Source of the DNA: Azolla caroliniana
Taxonomy: Eukaryota > Plantae > Polypodiophyta
Reading direction: 5' to 3'
DNA: 64,000 bases
NCBI GenBank assembly: GCA_043228905.1
Contig: JBHGNT010000007.1
Coordinates: forward strand, 12,028,001-12,092,000
Shown here: in pieces, positions 39,856-52,600 of the stretch
How the letters are laid out: every line of letters starts with the position of its first letter
How positions within the stretch are numbered: position 1 is the first letter of the stretch
Program-made: the position numbers and the translations under genes
The notes under the pieces: generated by a model
What the model was told of the DNA's origin: nothing
Seen by the model: only the letters and a program-made list of their open reading frames with translations
The model's database searches: none

Positions 39856-40104
39856 TTTGGTATCAGATTTTTTTACTAATGTTTCTTTGTTTTTCATTTG
39901 TCTTTTGATTGATGCTGATCGATCATTGTGCGGTTGGCCTTGATCCAGACAACGATCAACAAAGAACTTCGGTAACTCTTTCCATATTTTTTTTTCTATT
40001 CTCTCTTCTCCCATCTAATCATGTGTTTAGTTTATATGTAATTTTTTTCATTAAATCAATGATGTTGTAGTGGTCTTTAATTGATTATCTAAAACGTTTA
40101 CATA

Positions 40105-40365
40105 TGTGCACGAGGTCAATACCTCGTTTGACATATTAATAATATGTGATGAGTGTCGTATGCGTACGAGGTTAATACCTCAATTACGTATTACGTTCAC
40201 GAACATATGTTACGTTTGCGTATGAGTTTAATACCTTAATTTGTTGTAAACGATATGCGTTTGGTCTCGTATGCGTAAGAGGTCAATACCTCCATTGCGT
40301 ATTACGATGATCTCTTATTTGTGGATGTTTCGTGTGCGTGGAGGTATATACCTCGATTACGTATC
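40105..40365 (+). repeat. Array of five GAGGT-N4-ACCTC-type hairpin motifs in the H leader
   Basis: Cores at 40112, 40168, 40224, 40279 and 40341 (the third is degenerate); also present in H1 at ~36110-36360. Confidence 0.85.
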
Positions 40366-41542
40366 TCGATCACATCATTTGTGGCTATTTAATATAACGA
40401 TATGTTTAATATAGGCATATGTGGTCACATATATACGTATTTGATCGTATATATGTGAAAAGTAAACATATGTGTATATTCGTTATTACGTGATTATGTC
40501 GAAAGTTGTCATGGTCGGGAAAAGGATGTTGGTGGCCGTCCTCACATTTTTGTGAGAATGGCGTTGTCACCATTCCTTTTTCAACAATTTTTTATTGTTG
40601 ATAACCCCGTTGATGACCTCGATTTCGTTACGTAAAGAAACGCAATAGCCATAATGATGTTGAGTACGTAGGGCTTGACCCACTTCAAGTGAGGTCGCTC
40701 CAATGACGCACGTATCCAACATCCTTCCCTCGTCACATGGATACGATGCCACCATGAGCTCGTTCTTACGAGAGGCATTCGTAATGACGTGACCATGTGA
40801 TGGCCCACGTGAGCCTACTACGAAACGAGGGCTCATTTGGCTTCACCATTAGGTTGCACTTTGGCGTATGCCATCGTAATTACGAGACTTGAGGTTAGGT
40901 AACGTACCAACATAGTGTTGGTAAATGAGGGCGAAATAAGGACCCTTGACATATATGTTCTTTTAAAAAAACGTATATGATCAATTGCCTCGCATATCTC
41001 TTATACGCATCAAACATTAAGCATTCGAGAAGAGCAACTTACTTGGTTGGCTCAAGTGTTTAATGTATTTGTTCTCGAGGTCTCGAGTTCAAATATGACC
41101 AAGACCATACAACATCCTTGATACATATGACTATAACACATGTTTAGACTTAAGGTCTAAGTGCACCTCGGGGTCCTCGTAATAGGACTTAAAGAGCCGA
41201 AACCACTTATGTGGGCACCGAAACATAGTTTATTGTTAACATTTTTTTTCGTGTATAAACTATTCATGACGCGAACATACATGGTTGAGCCTCGGGGAGC
41301 CACCATGAAAAAATCGATATAGAGATCAGGGAAAGACATTTATTTGTCACCCCCATGGTTTTTAAAACACCTTTGTGTTACCATAGTAACCTGATCTTGA
41401 ACCTCATCTCATACGTCTAGAGGGGTATTGACGTGAGATAATGATATCGATTAATGCTCGCCCATGATATGTTTACATCACGACAACATGTTATGACTAT
41501 ATCTCTGACCTTATCCTATTTCTTTTCCAGAAATAATCTTTA

Positions 41543-44500
41543 ATGGCTCAAATTAACGACCCGATGTCATCCGCTCAAGCGGAAGGAACTCAAGGGAATC
41601 CTCCTGGACAAATGTCCACTGAGATGTATTTGGCACAAATAACCCAATACCTTAGTTTCACCGCTCAACAGATGACCGAACTTCGGCAATCTCAGAGTGC
41701 TCTTGAGGCACGTGTCATTAGTCTACAACGTGAGACTAATAGACCTGATGAGCGACAAGGTGAACCATCATTTGTCGTTAAGCCATTTACGGGAGACAAA
41801 AAGGAAAGAACCGAAGAAGCAATCTGCACATGGCTTGGACGATGGGAGTCTCATTTTGAGCTCTATCCCACGCCAGATAGTACGAAGATTGCATATGTCG
41901 GCCGAGAACTCGGGGGTAAGGCCGCCGCTTGGTCGCGTGGCCTCCGTACTATGGGGAAATTGCCCGATACCTGGACAGATTTTGTCACGGTTTTTAAGGG
42001 CCAATTTCTGCAACCTCCCTCTCGAACCGAGGCAGCACAAGCTTTAATGAACCTCTCTAGCAGGAAATTTTCCTCGCTAGAAGACTATGTTCACCATGCT
42101 AGAACCCAAATCCAAAAATCGGGTCTAGAAGGGGACAATTGGTTGATAGCTTGTTTTGTCAATGGCATCCCCAATTCGGACTATCACTGGATAGTGCACG
42201 ATAAGGATCCAAAATCCTTCGAAGAGGCCGTTGAAATAGTTCTTCGCTATCAACGCACTTCGAAGAAGGACCATAACAAACCCAACGAAGTGCCCGGGAC
42301 TAAGCAGTCGCAATTTGTTGGGAAACGCAAGACACCCAACGAATTCCTGGATCGCGATTGTAAGCGACAACATCCTTTTTGTGTATTCTGCAAAAAGAAG
42401 GGTCATACAAAAGATCAATGTCGAAAGCTCCAACGGAAAGAGCACGACAACAAAGCTAAAGCTGTAGACCATAAAGGTCAGATTCCTAATGTCCTTCAGG
42501 TCTATACACACCATTTAAGTAATTGTCAATGTTCTTTTCCTCACTATGTATTGGGTCCCAATGATTTACTACGTGCAAACGGGTATATCAATGGATCTCC
42601 CGTACAATTTTTATTTGATTCGGGAAGCTCACACAATTTTGTGAATGATCGTTTGGTTCAGATATGGGGAATCCAACCCACCGTAAGTGATCACACCTAC
42701 ACGGTGCACTTGGCTGATGGAAGAGTACAATACATCAACGGGGCGATTCATTCATTAGGAATTTCTATTGATACTTATATAGAGGAAGTAGACTTCCATG
42801 TAATGAATCTTTGTACCACCGATGTAATACTGGGTTATCCCTGGTTTTATAATAAAAACTCTTCTTTATTTATTGATTGGGTTCGACATTCCATTTCTTT
42901 TGTACTGAACGATTGTACGCATTTTATTCAATGTGTAAAAAAACAATCCCTCTCGATTGTTTCCTCGTGTCCATCAATATCCGAGTTGTCTTGTTCTACG
43001 TTATTTTATTGTGTACTTGATCCGGACATTCACGTTTACAATATCGATAATGTCCCGATTCAGTTAACATATTTTGAACAACAACAACTTGATGAAATCT
43101 TAAATGATTTTCATGATGTTTTTCCAAGTGAACTACCTGATGGGTTACCTCCTAAACGTAATATAGACCATCGTATAGATATTGTACCTGGTGTTGCACC
43201 AATAAGTATACCTCCGTATCGCTTAAGTCGATCCGAAGAAGATGAGGTATCTAAGCAACTCAAGGACTATTTACGAATGGGTTATATACGTTATAGTAAA
43301 TCTCCATGGGGTGCACCAGTTCTCTTGGTTAAAAAGAAAGAGGGCACATGGCGTATGTGTATTAATTACCGACGCTTGAATAAAGTGACGATCAAGAATT
43401 CGTATCCATTGCCCCGGGCTGACGATCTAATTGACCGTCTCCAGGGAGCTCGGTATTTTACGAAACTTGATCTCCGTACTGGCTACCATCAAATACGAAT
43501 AAGTGAGGACGATGTTCCTAAAACGGCATTTCGTACGCGCTATGGCCATTACGAGTTTTTGGTTATGCCTTTTGGTTTGACCAATGCTCCGGCTACTTTC
43601 CAACAAGAAATGAATGACATTTTCCGAGAACAACTTGGAAAATTTGTCGTTATTTTCTTGGATGATATTTTAGTTTATAGCCGTACATTACAAGAACATG
43701 CTAGACATGTCCGCTTTGTTTTACAAACATTGCGTGACAAACAGTTTTATGCGAAGATCTCAAAATGTGAGTTCTTCAAGAAATCAATTACTTATCTAGG
43801 ACATCTCATAACCGAACGAGGAGTTGAAATTGATCCTTCTCGCATTGAGAAAATCAAGCTTTGGCCCACTCTTCGGAATATTCGAGAAGTTCGATCATTC
43901 CTTGGTTTTGTGGGGTTTTTGCGAAAGTCTCTTCGTAATTACTCCCAATTGACGACGCCGTTTACTGATCTTTTAAAAGGTCAAACGCGTAAGTCTACAA
44001 AACCTATTGTGTGGAATGCTACACTAGACCTTGCCTTTAAGGAACTCAAGGACTTGGTTTGCAAGGCTCCTTCACTTCTTTTACCCGATCCTTCAAAACC
44101 TTTTGAGGTTGAAACCGATGCCAGCGATTATGCTATAGGTGCTGTCTTGTATCAAGATGGTAAACCAATAGCATTCGAGAGTAAGAAACTTGATTCTGCT
44201 CAATGTCGGTATACCGTTCAAGAAAAGGAATTATTTGCAGTTATACATGCGCTCAAAACATGGCGCCATTATCTTTATGGAAATCACTTTGTGGTAACTA
44301 CGGACCACGAGTCCTTGAAATATTTTTGTGACCAACAAGACCTGAAAGGTCGTAAGGCACGATGGGCTGATCTCATCCAGGACTTTGATTTTTCCATACG
44401 ATATCGTAAAGGTTCCATGAACACTGTCGCTGATGCACTAAGTCGCATCCGTGAAGTTAACACGCTTAGCTTCACTGAAATATCATCAGATCTTTATGAT

Positions 44501-45976
44501 CACCTTCGAGGAAAGTATCCTGATGACAGTTATTTCGCAAAATACTGGGCAAGAGTTGAGTCTGGAACAGACACCACCACATCCTCGAAGGAATACTTCC
44601 ACATTGCTAACGGTTTGCTCTACCGTAATGGGAAGGTTTGTGTTCCAGATTTACCCGAGGTCAAAAAGAGGATTCTTTTTGAATGCCATGATGCACCCTC
44701 AGCAGGGCACCCTGGAATACATCGTACACTCGTTCTCATCTCCACTCAATTTTATTGGCCTAAGATGCGTCCTGACATACATAGCTATGTGACTAAATGT
44801 CACCAGTGTCAGGTTAACAAAGCCGAGCGACTTAAAGCCGCAGGACTTTTACATCCCTTGGACATTCCCAATAATAAGTGGGAAAGTATATCCATGGATT
44901 TTATTGTTAGCCTTCCTCGCACCCAAAAAGGTCATGATGCCATCTGGGTTGTCGTTGATCGACTAACTAAAATGGCCAGATTTATTGCTACTAAAACCAC
45001 GGTAACAGCTCCTGAATTGGCTTACCAATTCGTTGACGAATTGTTTCGTTTTTATGGGTTACCGATGGATATCGTGAGTGATCGAGATCCAAAGTTTACT
45101 AGTGACTTCTGGACACAAGTCTTTAAGAAGTTAGAAACTACGTTGAGCATGAGCTCCACGGATCATCCTCAATCCGATGGACAGACAGAACGAGTAAATC
45201 AAATTATTGAGGACATGCTTCGAGCATACGTTGGTGCAAAACCAACAAAATGGGAACGTTATCTCCCAATTTTGGAGTTTGCTTATAACAGCTCCAAGCA
45301 TACGTCGACGGGATATAGTCCTTTTATGTTGATGTATGGTTTTCAGCCACGAGCCCCGATTGATGTTACTATACATCATGATGAGTTGCGAAGTACGCAA
45401 AACTTTCTTCGGGATATGCAAGATATGTTGCATATTGCACGAGATAATATAAAAACAGCTCAAGATAGAGCGCGTTTTTATGCCGATCATCATAGGCAAC
45501 CTCGTGTATTCAACCCTGGACAGAAGGTATTTTTACGTGTACCTCACAATTCTAAGACATTGTCTACGGGTAAGTGCGCTAAGTTAGCCCCACGGTTTTG
45601 TGGACCTTTTACAGTCCTCAAACGCATTGGGTCATCAGCCTATCGTCTCGCTCTTCCCGATGGTGTCGGAATTCATCCAGTCTTTCATGTGAGTCGTCTA
45701 AAAGAACTTCTAGGTTCTGGCGACAATACAGTTACGACTGAAACTCTGGTTACTTCTGAAGAATTATCTTCTAAACCACATGTACCAGAAAGAATTCTCG
45801 ATGTTAAAACAAAAAAATTACGTACTAAAGAAATCCGAGAATTCAAAATAAAATGGATGGATAAATCAATAAAAGATGCCACATGGGAACGCGAAAATAC
45901 TCTTAGAACTAACTTCCCTAACTTTCCATTGCAAGAGTGCAATGTTTTAAAGAGGGGGAGTATGTTACGGGCATGA
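41543..45976 (+). CDS. Gag-Pol polyprotein (Gag, zinc knuckle, PR, RT, RNaseH, INT, chromodomain), 1477 aa
   Basis: Uninterrupted ORF with [53 protein letters not shown] and [20 protein letters not shown]. Confidence 0.97.
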   Translation: MAQINDPMSSAQAEGTQGNPPGQMSTEMYLAQITQYLSFTAQQMTELRQSQSALEARVISLQRETNRPDERQGEPSFVVKPFTGDKKERTEEAICTWLGRWESHFELYPTPDSTKIAYVGRELGGKAAAWSRGLRTMGKLPDTWTDFVTVFKGQFLQPPSRTEAAQALMNLSSRKFSSLEDYVHHARTQIQKSGLEGDNWLIACFVNGIPNSDYHWIVHDKDPKSFEEAVEIVLRYQRTSKKDHNKPNEVPGTKQSQFVGKRKTPNEFLDRDCKRQHPFCVFCKKKGHTKDQCRKLQRKEHDNKAKAVDHKGQIPNVLQVYTHHLSNCQCSFPHYVLGPNDLLRANGYINGSPVQFLFDSGSSHNFVNDRLVQIWGIQPTVSDHTYTVHLADGRVQYINGAIHSLGISIDTYIEEVDFHVMNLCTTDVILGYPWFYNKNSSLFIDWVRHSISFVLNDCTHFIQCVKKQSLSIVSSCPSISELSCSTLFYCVLDPDIHVYNIDNVPIQLTYFEQQQLDEILNDFHDVFPSELPDGLPPKRNIDHRIDIVPGVAPISIPPYRLSRSEEDEVSKQLKDYLRMGYIRYSKSPWGAPVLLVKKKEGTWRMCINYRRLNKVTIKNSYPLPRADDLIDRLQGARYFTKLDLRTGYHQIRISEDDVPKTAFRTRYGHYEFLVMPFGLTNAPATFQQEMNDIFREQLGKFVVIFLDDILVYSRTLQEHARHVRFVLQTLRDKQFYAKISKCEFFKKSITYLGHLITERGVEIDPSRIEKIKLWPTLRNIREVRSFLGFVGFLRKSLRNYSQLTTPFTDLLKGQTRKSTKPIVWNATLDLAFKELKDLVCKAPSLLLPDPSKPFEVETDASDYAIGAVLYQDGKPIAFESKKLDSAQCRYTVQEKELFAVIHALKTWRHYLYGNHFVVTTDHESLKYFCDQQDLKGRKARWADLIQDFDFSIRYRKGSMNTVADALSRIREVNTLSFTEISSDLYDHLRGKYPDDSYFAKYWARVESGTDTTTSSKEYFHIANGLLYRNGKVCVPDLPEVKKRILFECHDAPSAGHPGIHRTLVLISTQFYWPKMRPDIHSYVTKCHQCQVNKAERLKAAGLLHPLDIPNNKWESISMDFIVSLPRTQKGHDAIWVVVDRLTKMARFIATKTTVTAPELAYQFVDELFRFYGLPMDIVSDRDPKFTSDFWTQVFKKLETTLSMSSTDHPQSDGQTERVNQIIEDMLRAYVGAKPTKWERYLPILEFAYNSSKHTSTGYSPFMLMYGFQPRAPIDVTIHHDELRSTQNFLRDMQDMLHIARDNIKTAQDRARFYADHHRQPRVFNPGQKVFLRVPHNSKTLSTGKCAKLAPRFCGPFTVLKRIGSSAYRLALPDGVGIHPVFHVSRLKELLGSGDNTVTTETLVTSEELSSKPHVPERILDVKTKKLRTKEIREFKIKWMDKSIKDATWERENTLRTNFPNFPLQECNVLKRGSMLRA

Positions 45977-46417
45977 CCATATAATATCCCGTGGTAAGAA
46001 TTTACCGTAGTATTCTATACACGTGGATAAGTGTGAGGGTTAAATGAGAGTGTAAAGAAGGGGAGGATTACTTTTAATCCTCGGGATTGAGACAACCCAT
46101 TAGGTCAAGTGTGAACTTGCCTGGGGGCCTTGGGTTTCGCTATAAATAAGAGGCCTAGCTACCCTCATTTGATGATCTTTGGACTACATCGAGACTCTGC
46201 TCGTGTGGTGGGTCAACTCTTGTAGCGAGCGCGCCAGCACCAGGTACGACTCGACGCCACGGCGGTGGTATGGGACGCCGATCGAGGCTCGAGTCCGTCT
46301 CGATCCCTTCGCTCGGGGGTGGTCGGGTGGATCGGCACCCTTCTTTCTCTTTCTCCTTTCTATCTATCTTTTCATTATCCTTATCTTAAGCTTACATTAG
46401 TACTATGATCTATAATA
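45963..46417 (+). repeat. 3' LTR of H2
   Basis: Direct repeat of 39401-39855. Confidence 0.96.
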
Positions 46418-46422
46418 ATCAT

Positions 46423-49153
46423 CTAGTTGAGCTACGAGCCGCCGGACCTGCACCAATTGTTCATCCGCCAGGGATGTGAAATCTTCCGCCAACTCGTCCC
46501 TGATGGTGGTGAAGTCCTCCGAGGTCAGCATATAGCAATCGTCGCCCTCCTTTCGCTGATTTTCAATGTCCGCCCTAAGCAATTGGAGTTCCGCGGTATT
46601 CTGTGCCCATTTTGCCCACCAACGCACAGAGCTGTCATCAATCAAGCTTTTGGTTTTAGTGAGCCAGGACCGGAGGATGCACTGGATCCGTTCGGCTCCC
46701 ATCTGTGATTTATTTTCTGCGGCTTGTCGCTCTTCCTTCAATTGCTTGATGATCCGAACCGTGTCCGCCTCCTGCTCCCTATAATGTGACAATTGAGTTT
46801 GATAGGTTGTTTGCAACCTCTGTAGTACTATTGTCGCCCTTTCCTTGTCTTCATGGTTCTGTTTGTGGAGCTCCATCCGGGCATTCGCCGCTTCCTCCAA
46901 TAGCCTGGAACTTTCCGCTCGTTCTTCAGCAAGTGCCGTTGTGGCCTTATCAACCTCTTGCCGGAGCTCGGCCATCCGTTGCTGATGCTCCGTCTCCAAC
47001 TGCTTGTAGTCCCGATGAAGATGATCGAAATCATCAGTCTTCTGCTTCAGCCTTTGGTTTATCTAACGGCGCGCGCGGTCGTCCCGGTCCTTTTGTTGCC
47101 GGAGCTCTTCCTTCAGCCGCTCGATTTCCGTTTCCGCCATCCGTCGTAGCTTGTCTTTTTCCTGCAACACTTTCTCTTTTTCCTCCTTCAGCCGGTCGTA
47201 AGCGTGATGTCCTTTACGCAGGTTTTCCTCTGCCCGACGAAGGTTCTCAGCAGTCTTTCTTAATTCTTCTTCGGCCGCCTTCTTCAAGTCGCGTTCGCAG
47301 CTCCGTAATGCTTCTTGTGCGGCTAGCTCATCTCGTAATTCCGCAAGCTCTTGGGCTTGCGCCGCCTCTTTCTTTGGGACCGTTTGTGTCTCCGGGGTCT
47401 TATTCTTCTGTACATCAACTGGAGTCACCGGTACTTGGACCTGCGTTGCGGTTAAGGCCATTTTGGCCATATCTCCTGTGATCCAATCCAAGTCTTGTTC
47501 CAGGAACCGGATCCTTGACCAGGCCGTCTCCAGTTCATCGGTTGTGACGAGCAACCGTTCCGTTTGCGCTCTTTCCTCCGCCTCTATGCATCCGACTACT
47601 CCGGCAATGTGGTCTCCTATCCACCGGAGCCATTGGCTACCGGTGCACTGTTGTTGCGCTTGCACGGAGAGTTGGCTGATGGGTTCACTCGCCGGTGGCT
47701 GGTCCCGCCTTTCTGCGTCAAGCTGCGTTTCTGGTTCTGTCAGCTGACCAATTTGCTGTTCCGGCTCTGAGTGTGTTTCGTCTGGTCACCCCTTGTCTGC
47801 TTGTTCTTGGTCGGCGGGGGCGGTTGGCCTTTGTATCTCCAGCTCTTGGGTGACGGGGCTTGCCGGGGCTGCCTGTTGTGCCGGGACTTCTGTGACCGGT
47901 TCCATCCGAACCGGTTCCGGTGCCTCCCTTGGCATGGGTTGCTCAGAGTGAGTTGTGGATGTTCCATCCTTCTGTGGGTCTGAACGTTTCCCGGTAGATT
48001 CTACGGTGCTCTTCACCGACCGCCGCTAGAGGTGCTCCGTGGGTTCTTCCTCCATCTCTTCTGCCTGAGTCCCGGCATTCATTCTTGCCGCCAAGGTGTC
48101 CGTTTCCTGTTGCACCGGTCGGTGGAGTGGGCTCTTCAAGGCCTGTGCCGGTGTCTCCTCGTGCGTGTCCGCCGGTCGCTTCCGGTCGGCGCACTCCTTC
48201 GCTGCCTTCTCTGCTTCGGCAGTCTTCCCCTTAGTGGCCTTGGAAGCCAATAGTTGTTGCCGTTTCGACGCAGGTTTCGGGGTGCCGTCCGTTGTTCTTC
48301 CCCGCTTCTTGGTTTGGACGGGCTCGACCGGTGGCACCAACAGGGTGAGCCATTGTGTCACTGCATGCCATATTTTCCGGCCTTCCTTGCCATCCTTTCC
48401 CCTTACTATATCAATGGCCGTACACAGCTTGTCGGCGATCAGCACCGGCCAATCTACCTTGACCCCTTCTTACGTTGTGATGATCAAGCCTGCTCGGTTC
48501 TAAGGCATGACGGGGGGTCGAGGGTACACGTGGCCGAACTCGTGGAGCACTCGGGCAATTTCTCGGAATAGCATATCTTCGCTGCCCTGTGTCCTATAGC
48601 CCTTGCTGGCTAGAGAGTACTCACCGAAATATTTGATGAGTTGCTCGGGGGTAGGATTGTCGATCATGTAGATAACGCCCTCTGGAAGGCCTATTAACGC
48701 ACGGATCGCTTCCTCCGTGTCGATTTCTTTTATAATCTTCTCAGCCTCTTTGTGTGGCGCTGCCTCCATGATCGTTAAGAAACCCTCCAGACCGTGCTGC
48801 TGTAACCATTTCTTGGCGGCTTCAGACAGCATTTGGCAGTCCATCTCTGCGTCGAGGTCGGAGAGCGTCGGAGAGGTCTGATGGTGGGGAGAATGTGAGA
48901 GAGAAAGTTCTGAGGGAGGGGGTTCTCTGTGTGCGAGCTCTCTACGATTTATCTTCACATGTCGCTCTGCGTCTGTTCTCCTTGGTTTACGATAGGAGAA
49001 GGTCTCAATGCGTGGGGGTTTTTCTCTCTGCATCTTGGCGCCTTTTTCGAGCCTCCGCATGTGTAGGTCGTGTACTATAATAGCATTGCGTGCCATGTGG
49101 CGGTGGTTTAATGTCCTATTCATAGCCCCTCGTACCTTTTCGACATGCCTCAT
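46423..49153 (-). pseudogene. Extra ORF of element I (globular N-terminus, P/Q/E-rich middle, coiled-coil C-terminus); continues at 39395-39135 beyond H2
   Basis: Collinear ORF pieces at 48500-49153, 48026-48445, 47786-48016, 47063-47665 and 46403-46999. The frame rejoins across H2 (..AQLDD|DRLEAQIQF..). Confidence 0.75.
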
Positions 49154-49266
49154 TACTCCTCGTGTGCATGGCCGTTTCCACCACTCCTTTTCATGATTTA
49201 TTCGATTCCATTCGATTTTTTACTTCTTCTTCTTCTTCTTCTTCTTTTTTGAACTTATTTGTGTGG

Positions 49267-52200
49267 TTAGTTGTTCTTCGAAGCGTGCAACTCGCCGGCC
49301 TCTTGTCGGTTTGCCGGCTCATGCTTCTCCTTACTGCCTTGGTGGTAGCCGTCGTCTTCACCGGTTGCCATTATGGTTGGCCTGCCGGCGTTTGATTCGG
49401 TTTCGGTCCTTCGTTCAAATGGGTTCTTAGGCATAGGTCCTTTGTATGGTTTTAATCTAAATCTGTTGACCCATTTTCCCAGCACTTCTCTGGCAAGTGT
49501 CCCCAACTAGTAGGACCCATTGAACTCGCGTGTGATCCAGTACGGTCCGGTCCATCTAAACCGTAGTTTACTTGGCATTTTGCCCATCCGGGTCTGGAAC
49601 ATGAGTACTGGCTTGCCGGTCCCGAACATTTTTTCGTTTCCCTTCCGGTGCCGATCTACAAATGCTTTCCGTCTCCGTTGTTCCAATTCCAGGTGCATAA
49701 TGCTCGCCAGTCGGTGTTCTTCTAGTTCGCACAGAGCCTTTAACCGAATTGCCTCCGATTCCTTTTCGTTCAATCGTTCCTTAATCTGAATCCGTAAGCT
49801 TGGTACTTGGAACTCGACCGGCATGACTGCCTCCAATCCGAATGCTAACTGGAACGGTGTTGTCCGGATGCTTGTTTTGTACGCTGTCCGGTAAGCCCAG
49901 AGCGCATTGTGCAGCTTTGTGTCCCAATTTGTCCGATTTTCATTGACGATCTTCCGGAGGATATTTTGGAGCGTTTTGTTCGTCGACTCAGCTAACCCAT
50001 TTGCTTGCGGATAGTATGGTGTGCTTCTTTTATGTACTACCGCATAGAACGTCATCAAACTTTCTACCACCTGTCCAAGAAAGTGCCCTCCTTGGTCGCT
50101 TATCAGTTCTATGGGGCATCCGTACTAGCACCAAATGGATTCGTATAAGAATTTCGTTGTTGACGCCGCGGTGTTGTCTCGTAAGGCTTTCGCTTCCACC
50201 CACTTAGTGCAGTAATCCGTCGCGACGATCACGTACCGGTTGTCGGTTCTCATTGCTGGTGGTTTGAATGGCCCGACGAAATCCAGCCCCCATTTCTGGA
50301 ATGGTTCTAGTGGCAGGACTGGCTAGTGTGGCATCCGAGCTTGTTCCGTTGGCTGACCCATTCGTTGGCATAGATCACACTCCTTCGCATACCGGAGTGC
50401 ATCTTTCAATGTGGTTGGCCACCATAGGCCACTTTGCCATACTTTTCTTGCCATCGCATCTCCGGCATAATGGCCTCCGGCGACTCCGCAGTGTGCCTCC
50501 CGTAGTATTACCTCCTTCTCGTCGCTGCGCACCGCTCGTCGCTAGATACCGTCTGCGCCTTTGTGGTATAGCGTGTCCTGTAATAAACAGAAGTGCTGGC
50601 TCTGTACCGCCAGGCGTTTTCTCTCGTCCCGGTTCATCTCCTCCGGCGGCAATCCGGTGCTCAGAAACTGGTGCATATTAGTTAGCCACTTATCTTCTTG
50701 TGCCACCGTTTCATCTGTTGCCGTTTTAGTGGTGACTCGAAAAAGCTCTGCATCCGGAAACTCGTCCGGTACTCCGTCCCCTGTCTCCCCAGAATCTAGC
50801 CGGCTTAGATAATCTGCGACCGCATACTGTATGCCGGGTTAGTGGAATATCTCGAATTCAAACTCTTGCAACAACAAAGTCCACCGGGCCAGCTTACCGG
50901 TAAGTGACACTTTGGATACTAGGTAAAGGAGTGTTGAATAATCCACATGGAAGGAGAACTTTCTTCCCAATAAATAATGCCTGAATTTTGTTACATTGTA
51001 GATCATTCCTAAAGCTTCCCTTTCCGTGGTAGAATAATTTCGCTGCGCTTGGGATAGCTTCTGGCTGGCATAGTACACTGGCCGGTACCACCTTGGCTCG
51101 GTAAGCTGCATGAGCGCGCTGTCGATTGCGATATCGGAAGCGTCTACGAACACATGAAATTCTTTACTCCAATCGGGAGGCTGCACTACCAGTGCTTGTG
51201 ATAATAACAACTTTAGTGCCCGGTACGCCTTGTCTTCGATGTCGGTCCATTGGAACGGTGTTCGATGTACTGCCGTATGCAGAGGAACACTTGCATAAAA
51301 GACGGTGAAGTCATCAAGGAACACCTGCATAAAAGACGGTATGTATTCGCCAAAGATCTCCATGATGATCCGTTAGAATGTTGTTGGTGCCCTTTTCAGC
51401 CCGAACATCATCACCACCGCAACAAACACTCCCCATTCGGTGACAAAAGTCGTTTTCTCCTGATCCTCAGGGTGCATCCGGATCTGATTATACCCGTTGA
51501 ATCCGTCTAAGAAACTGTAGACTTCATGGCTGGCGATGACATCCAAAACTCCATCCGTAAACGGAAGTGGAAAGGCATCTGTTACCGTTGACGCATTGAG
51601 CTTCCGGTAGTCGACACAAACTCTAATTTTTCCGTTCTTTTTCGGTACGACTACAATCGGGCTCAGCCATGTAGATTTCTTTACGGGACGGATGAAGCCG
51701 ACCCTCAGTAATTTGTCGATCTCCTCCTTAACTTTGGCGGCGTAGTGTGGGTTCATCCGGTACCGACGCTGTGCCACCGGCTTGGTGTCTTTGCTCAGAT
51801 GTATCTGGTGCTAATACAACTGAGGATCCAGGCCTCTCATATCCTCGTACGACTAGGCAAAGACGTCACGAAACTCGTTGAGGAGTGTAATTATCGCCGT
51901 TTTGTTCTCTGCATTCATTTCTTTGGCTATGTGCACCGGTTTTGCCTACTCCGCCGTTCCTAGATTTACTTCTTCTAATTGGGACGCTTTTACGCGCTGG
52001 GATACAGCCATTTCCCTTTCCAACGCCTCCTGCGCATGCCGTAACTCCCGGATTGCTTCTTTATCCGGTTCCGCTTCAGTTTTGTCCGGTTGCAGTAAGT
52101 AGGGTGATACCGCCTCCGCGACGTCAATTTCGAAGAGGGGTACAATCTTTGGGTTCTCCAGCAAGTACTGCTCTTCTTCTTCGTCTGCTAATCCCTCCAG

Positions 52201-52600
52201 CATATTGACACACTCCGCATATAACGGTGTCAGGTCCTTGCCAGTGCCCTTCCTTTGTTGTGTTGGTACCCGTACCTTTACTTTTCCCCGCCAGAACGTA
52301 ATCATATTCCTCCTCCAGTTCTGCTTGATATGTGCCATTTTTAACCATGGTCGTTCCAACAATAATGGGTACGCTCCTTGAGCCTACAATTGGAGAACTA
52401 TGGCTGAGATTCGGAATGTGTGGCCCCCGATGGTTACTTCCAAATTCCGTATTAATCCTGTCGGTCGCACCGAACTTGTGTCAGCCATTCGGAGCTAGAA
52501 CGGACATGGCTCCCACTCTCGGATTCCAAGAGCATCGCATGTCGGGAGGCTGATTACATTAACGCCGGAGCCTCCGTCTAGGACTGACTGCTTCCGGCGA
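49267..52600 (-). pseudogene. Element I pol (PR remnant, RT with internal deletion, RNaseH, INT)
   Basis: VLDGGSGVN, VCVDYRKLN, FLDDFTVF, VFVDASD, NYSTTEREAL, YPQANGLAESTNK and WTGPY. Confidence 0.9.

Larger units (their letters stand above)
39401..46417 (+). mobile_element. Ty3/gypsy chromovirus H2, intact and very recent
   Basis: 455-bp LTRs identical by eye at 39401-39855 and 45963-46417. TSD ATCAT at 39396-39400 and 46418-46422. PBS at 39858-39867, PPT at ~45949-45962. Confidence 0.97.

Noticed and set aside
40105-40365. Palindromic repeats with variable spacers resembling a CRISPR array
   Set aside because: Repeats are degenerate, there are no cas genes, and the array is a fixed part of a plant retrotransposon leader present in both copies.
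46423-49153. Calling the extra ORF a true envelope gene
   Set aside because: No signal peptide or transmembrane segment is visible.
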